Origin: Patescibacteria group bacterium
GTDB taxonomy: Bacteria > Patescibacteriota > Patescibacteriia > Patescibacteriales > UBA12075
Reading direction: 5' to 3'
Assembly (NCBI GenBank): GCA_022705905.1
Contig: JAKJDO010000004.1
Span: 374-64,373 of the forward strand
DNA: 64,000 nucleotides
Positions 63,540 to 64,000 of the stretch are shown one piece after another (position 1 is the stretch's first letter; each line of letters begins with the position of its first letter). A program made the translations under genes and the position numbers. Below the pieces are notes generated by a model, which saw only the letters and a list, made by a program, of their open reading frames with translations, ran no database searches and was not told the DNA's origin.

Positions 63540-64000
63540 AACTCACGTCTACGACGCGTGTTAGCAAATCCGCATTAAATCCGACCTCACCCAACCCTCT
63601 CCTTCGTAAGGAGAGGGGAGAAGACGGGTTTAAACGGATGAACAAAACGACTAAAGGTCGGCCGTGCAAACGGGTTTTGTTCCTAAAAATTAAAAATAAA
63701 GAAGCTTTTTAAACAATAATTGCTAGGTCGTGCCCCGCCGAGGCGGGGTTCTAAAAAGAAATAAATCAGCAAAGCTTTTTCCCCGCACCTTTGTTAATCA
63801 ACAAGGTACGGGAGGCGAAATTCCCCCCATGGATTTCCCCTTTAACCTTTTATCACGAGATCCCGGCTCGGAGGCCGGGATGACAAAGATAATTAATAAA
63901 GGTGCGGGGAGTAGCGGGATTCCGGCTGATTTGTTTTTTTCCGCTTATAGCGGGATAAACAAGCAAATGTTTAAAAGGCTCGAAAGGATCATAAATTATT
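63540..64000. repeat. Repeat-dense non-coding tract (nested hairpin elements of several families)
   Basis: CCCTCTCCTTcgtAAGGAGAGGG at 63595. GAACAAAAC...GTTTTGTTC near 63640-63685. CCCCGCACCTTT...AAAGGTGCGGGG near 63783-63912 enclosing ATCCCGGCtcggagGCCGGGATGACA. No ORF of 60 aa or more. Confidence 0.6.

Overview
AT-rich window with tightly packed small genes. It is most consistent with a reduced-genome Candidate Phyla Radiation/Patescibacteria-type bacterium. That taxon call is an inference from the missing L30 gene, Shine-Dalgarno-less core genes, charged ribosomal-protein tails, many membrane ORFans and dense palindromic intergenic repeats. Standard code 11 applies, since TGA is used as a stop. 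The backbone (11.7-35.6 kb) is the str/S10/spc ribosomal supercluster running rpsL-rpsG-fusA-tuf-rpsJ...rplO-secY-adk-map, but it is interrupted by non-ribosomal insertions. Flanking regions carry a MATE transporter, TspO, a histidine kinase with a receiver, an M50 protease and ruvX-recO. They also carry a T-box-controlled aspS-asnS pair, scpAB, tpiA-fba, tRNA-Thr/Tyr/Trp, a P-type ATPase, an oxidative-stress set (fpg, rubrerythrin, desulfoferrodoxin, trxA), HU, and an ECF sigma with a putative anti-sigma. Three real genes fall below the 60-aa ORF-track cutoff and were read by hand: rpmB (8672..8845, -), rpmG (57808..57963, +) and a CxxC..CxxC zinc-ribbon protein (3997..4170, -). The main hunt result is a second gene population. 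These are locally GC-rich, self-contained cassettes with near-consensus Shine-Dalgarno sites, embedded in a genome whose core genes have none. They include a trio of degenerate receiver-like proteins (one broken at an A9 tract), a 914-aa protein built from ~118-aa tandem modules, and several small orphans. One of the small orphans is bounded by a perfect 19-bp inverted repeat inside the rpsG-fusA junction. Other items are a ~390-nt promoter-to-terminator structured RNA locus of unknown family with a start-codon-occluded 28-codon hydrophobic ORF, an ECF-type promoter that implies a leaderless sigma mRNA, three palindromic operators upstream of an HTH gene, a decayed tRNA-Trp 3' duplication, and several dispersed palindromic repeat families. 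No CRISPR array, rRNA, integrase or transposase was seen.
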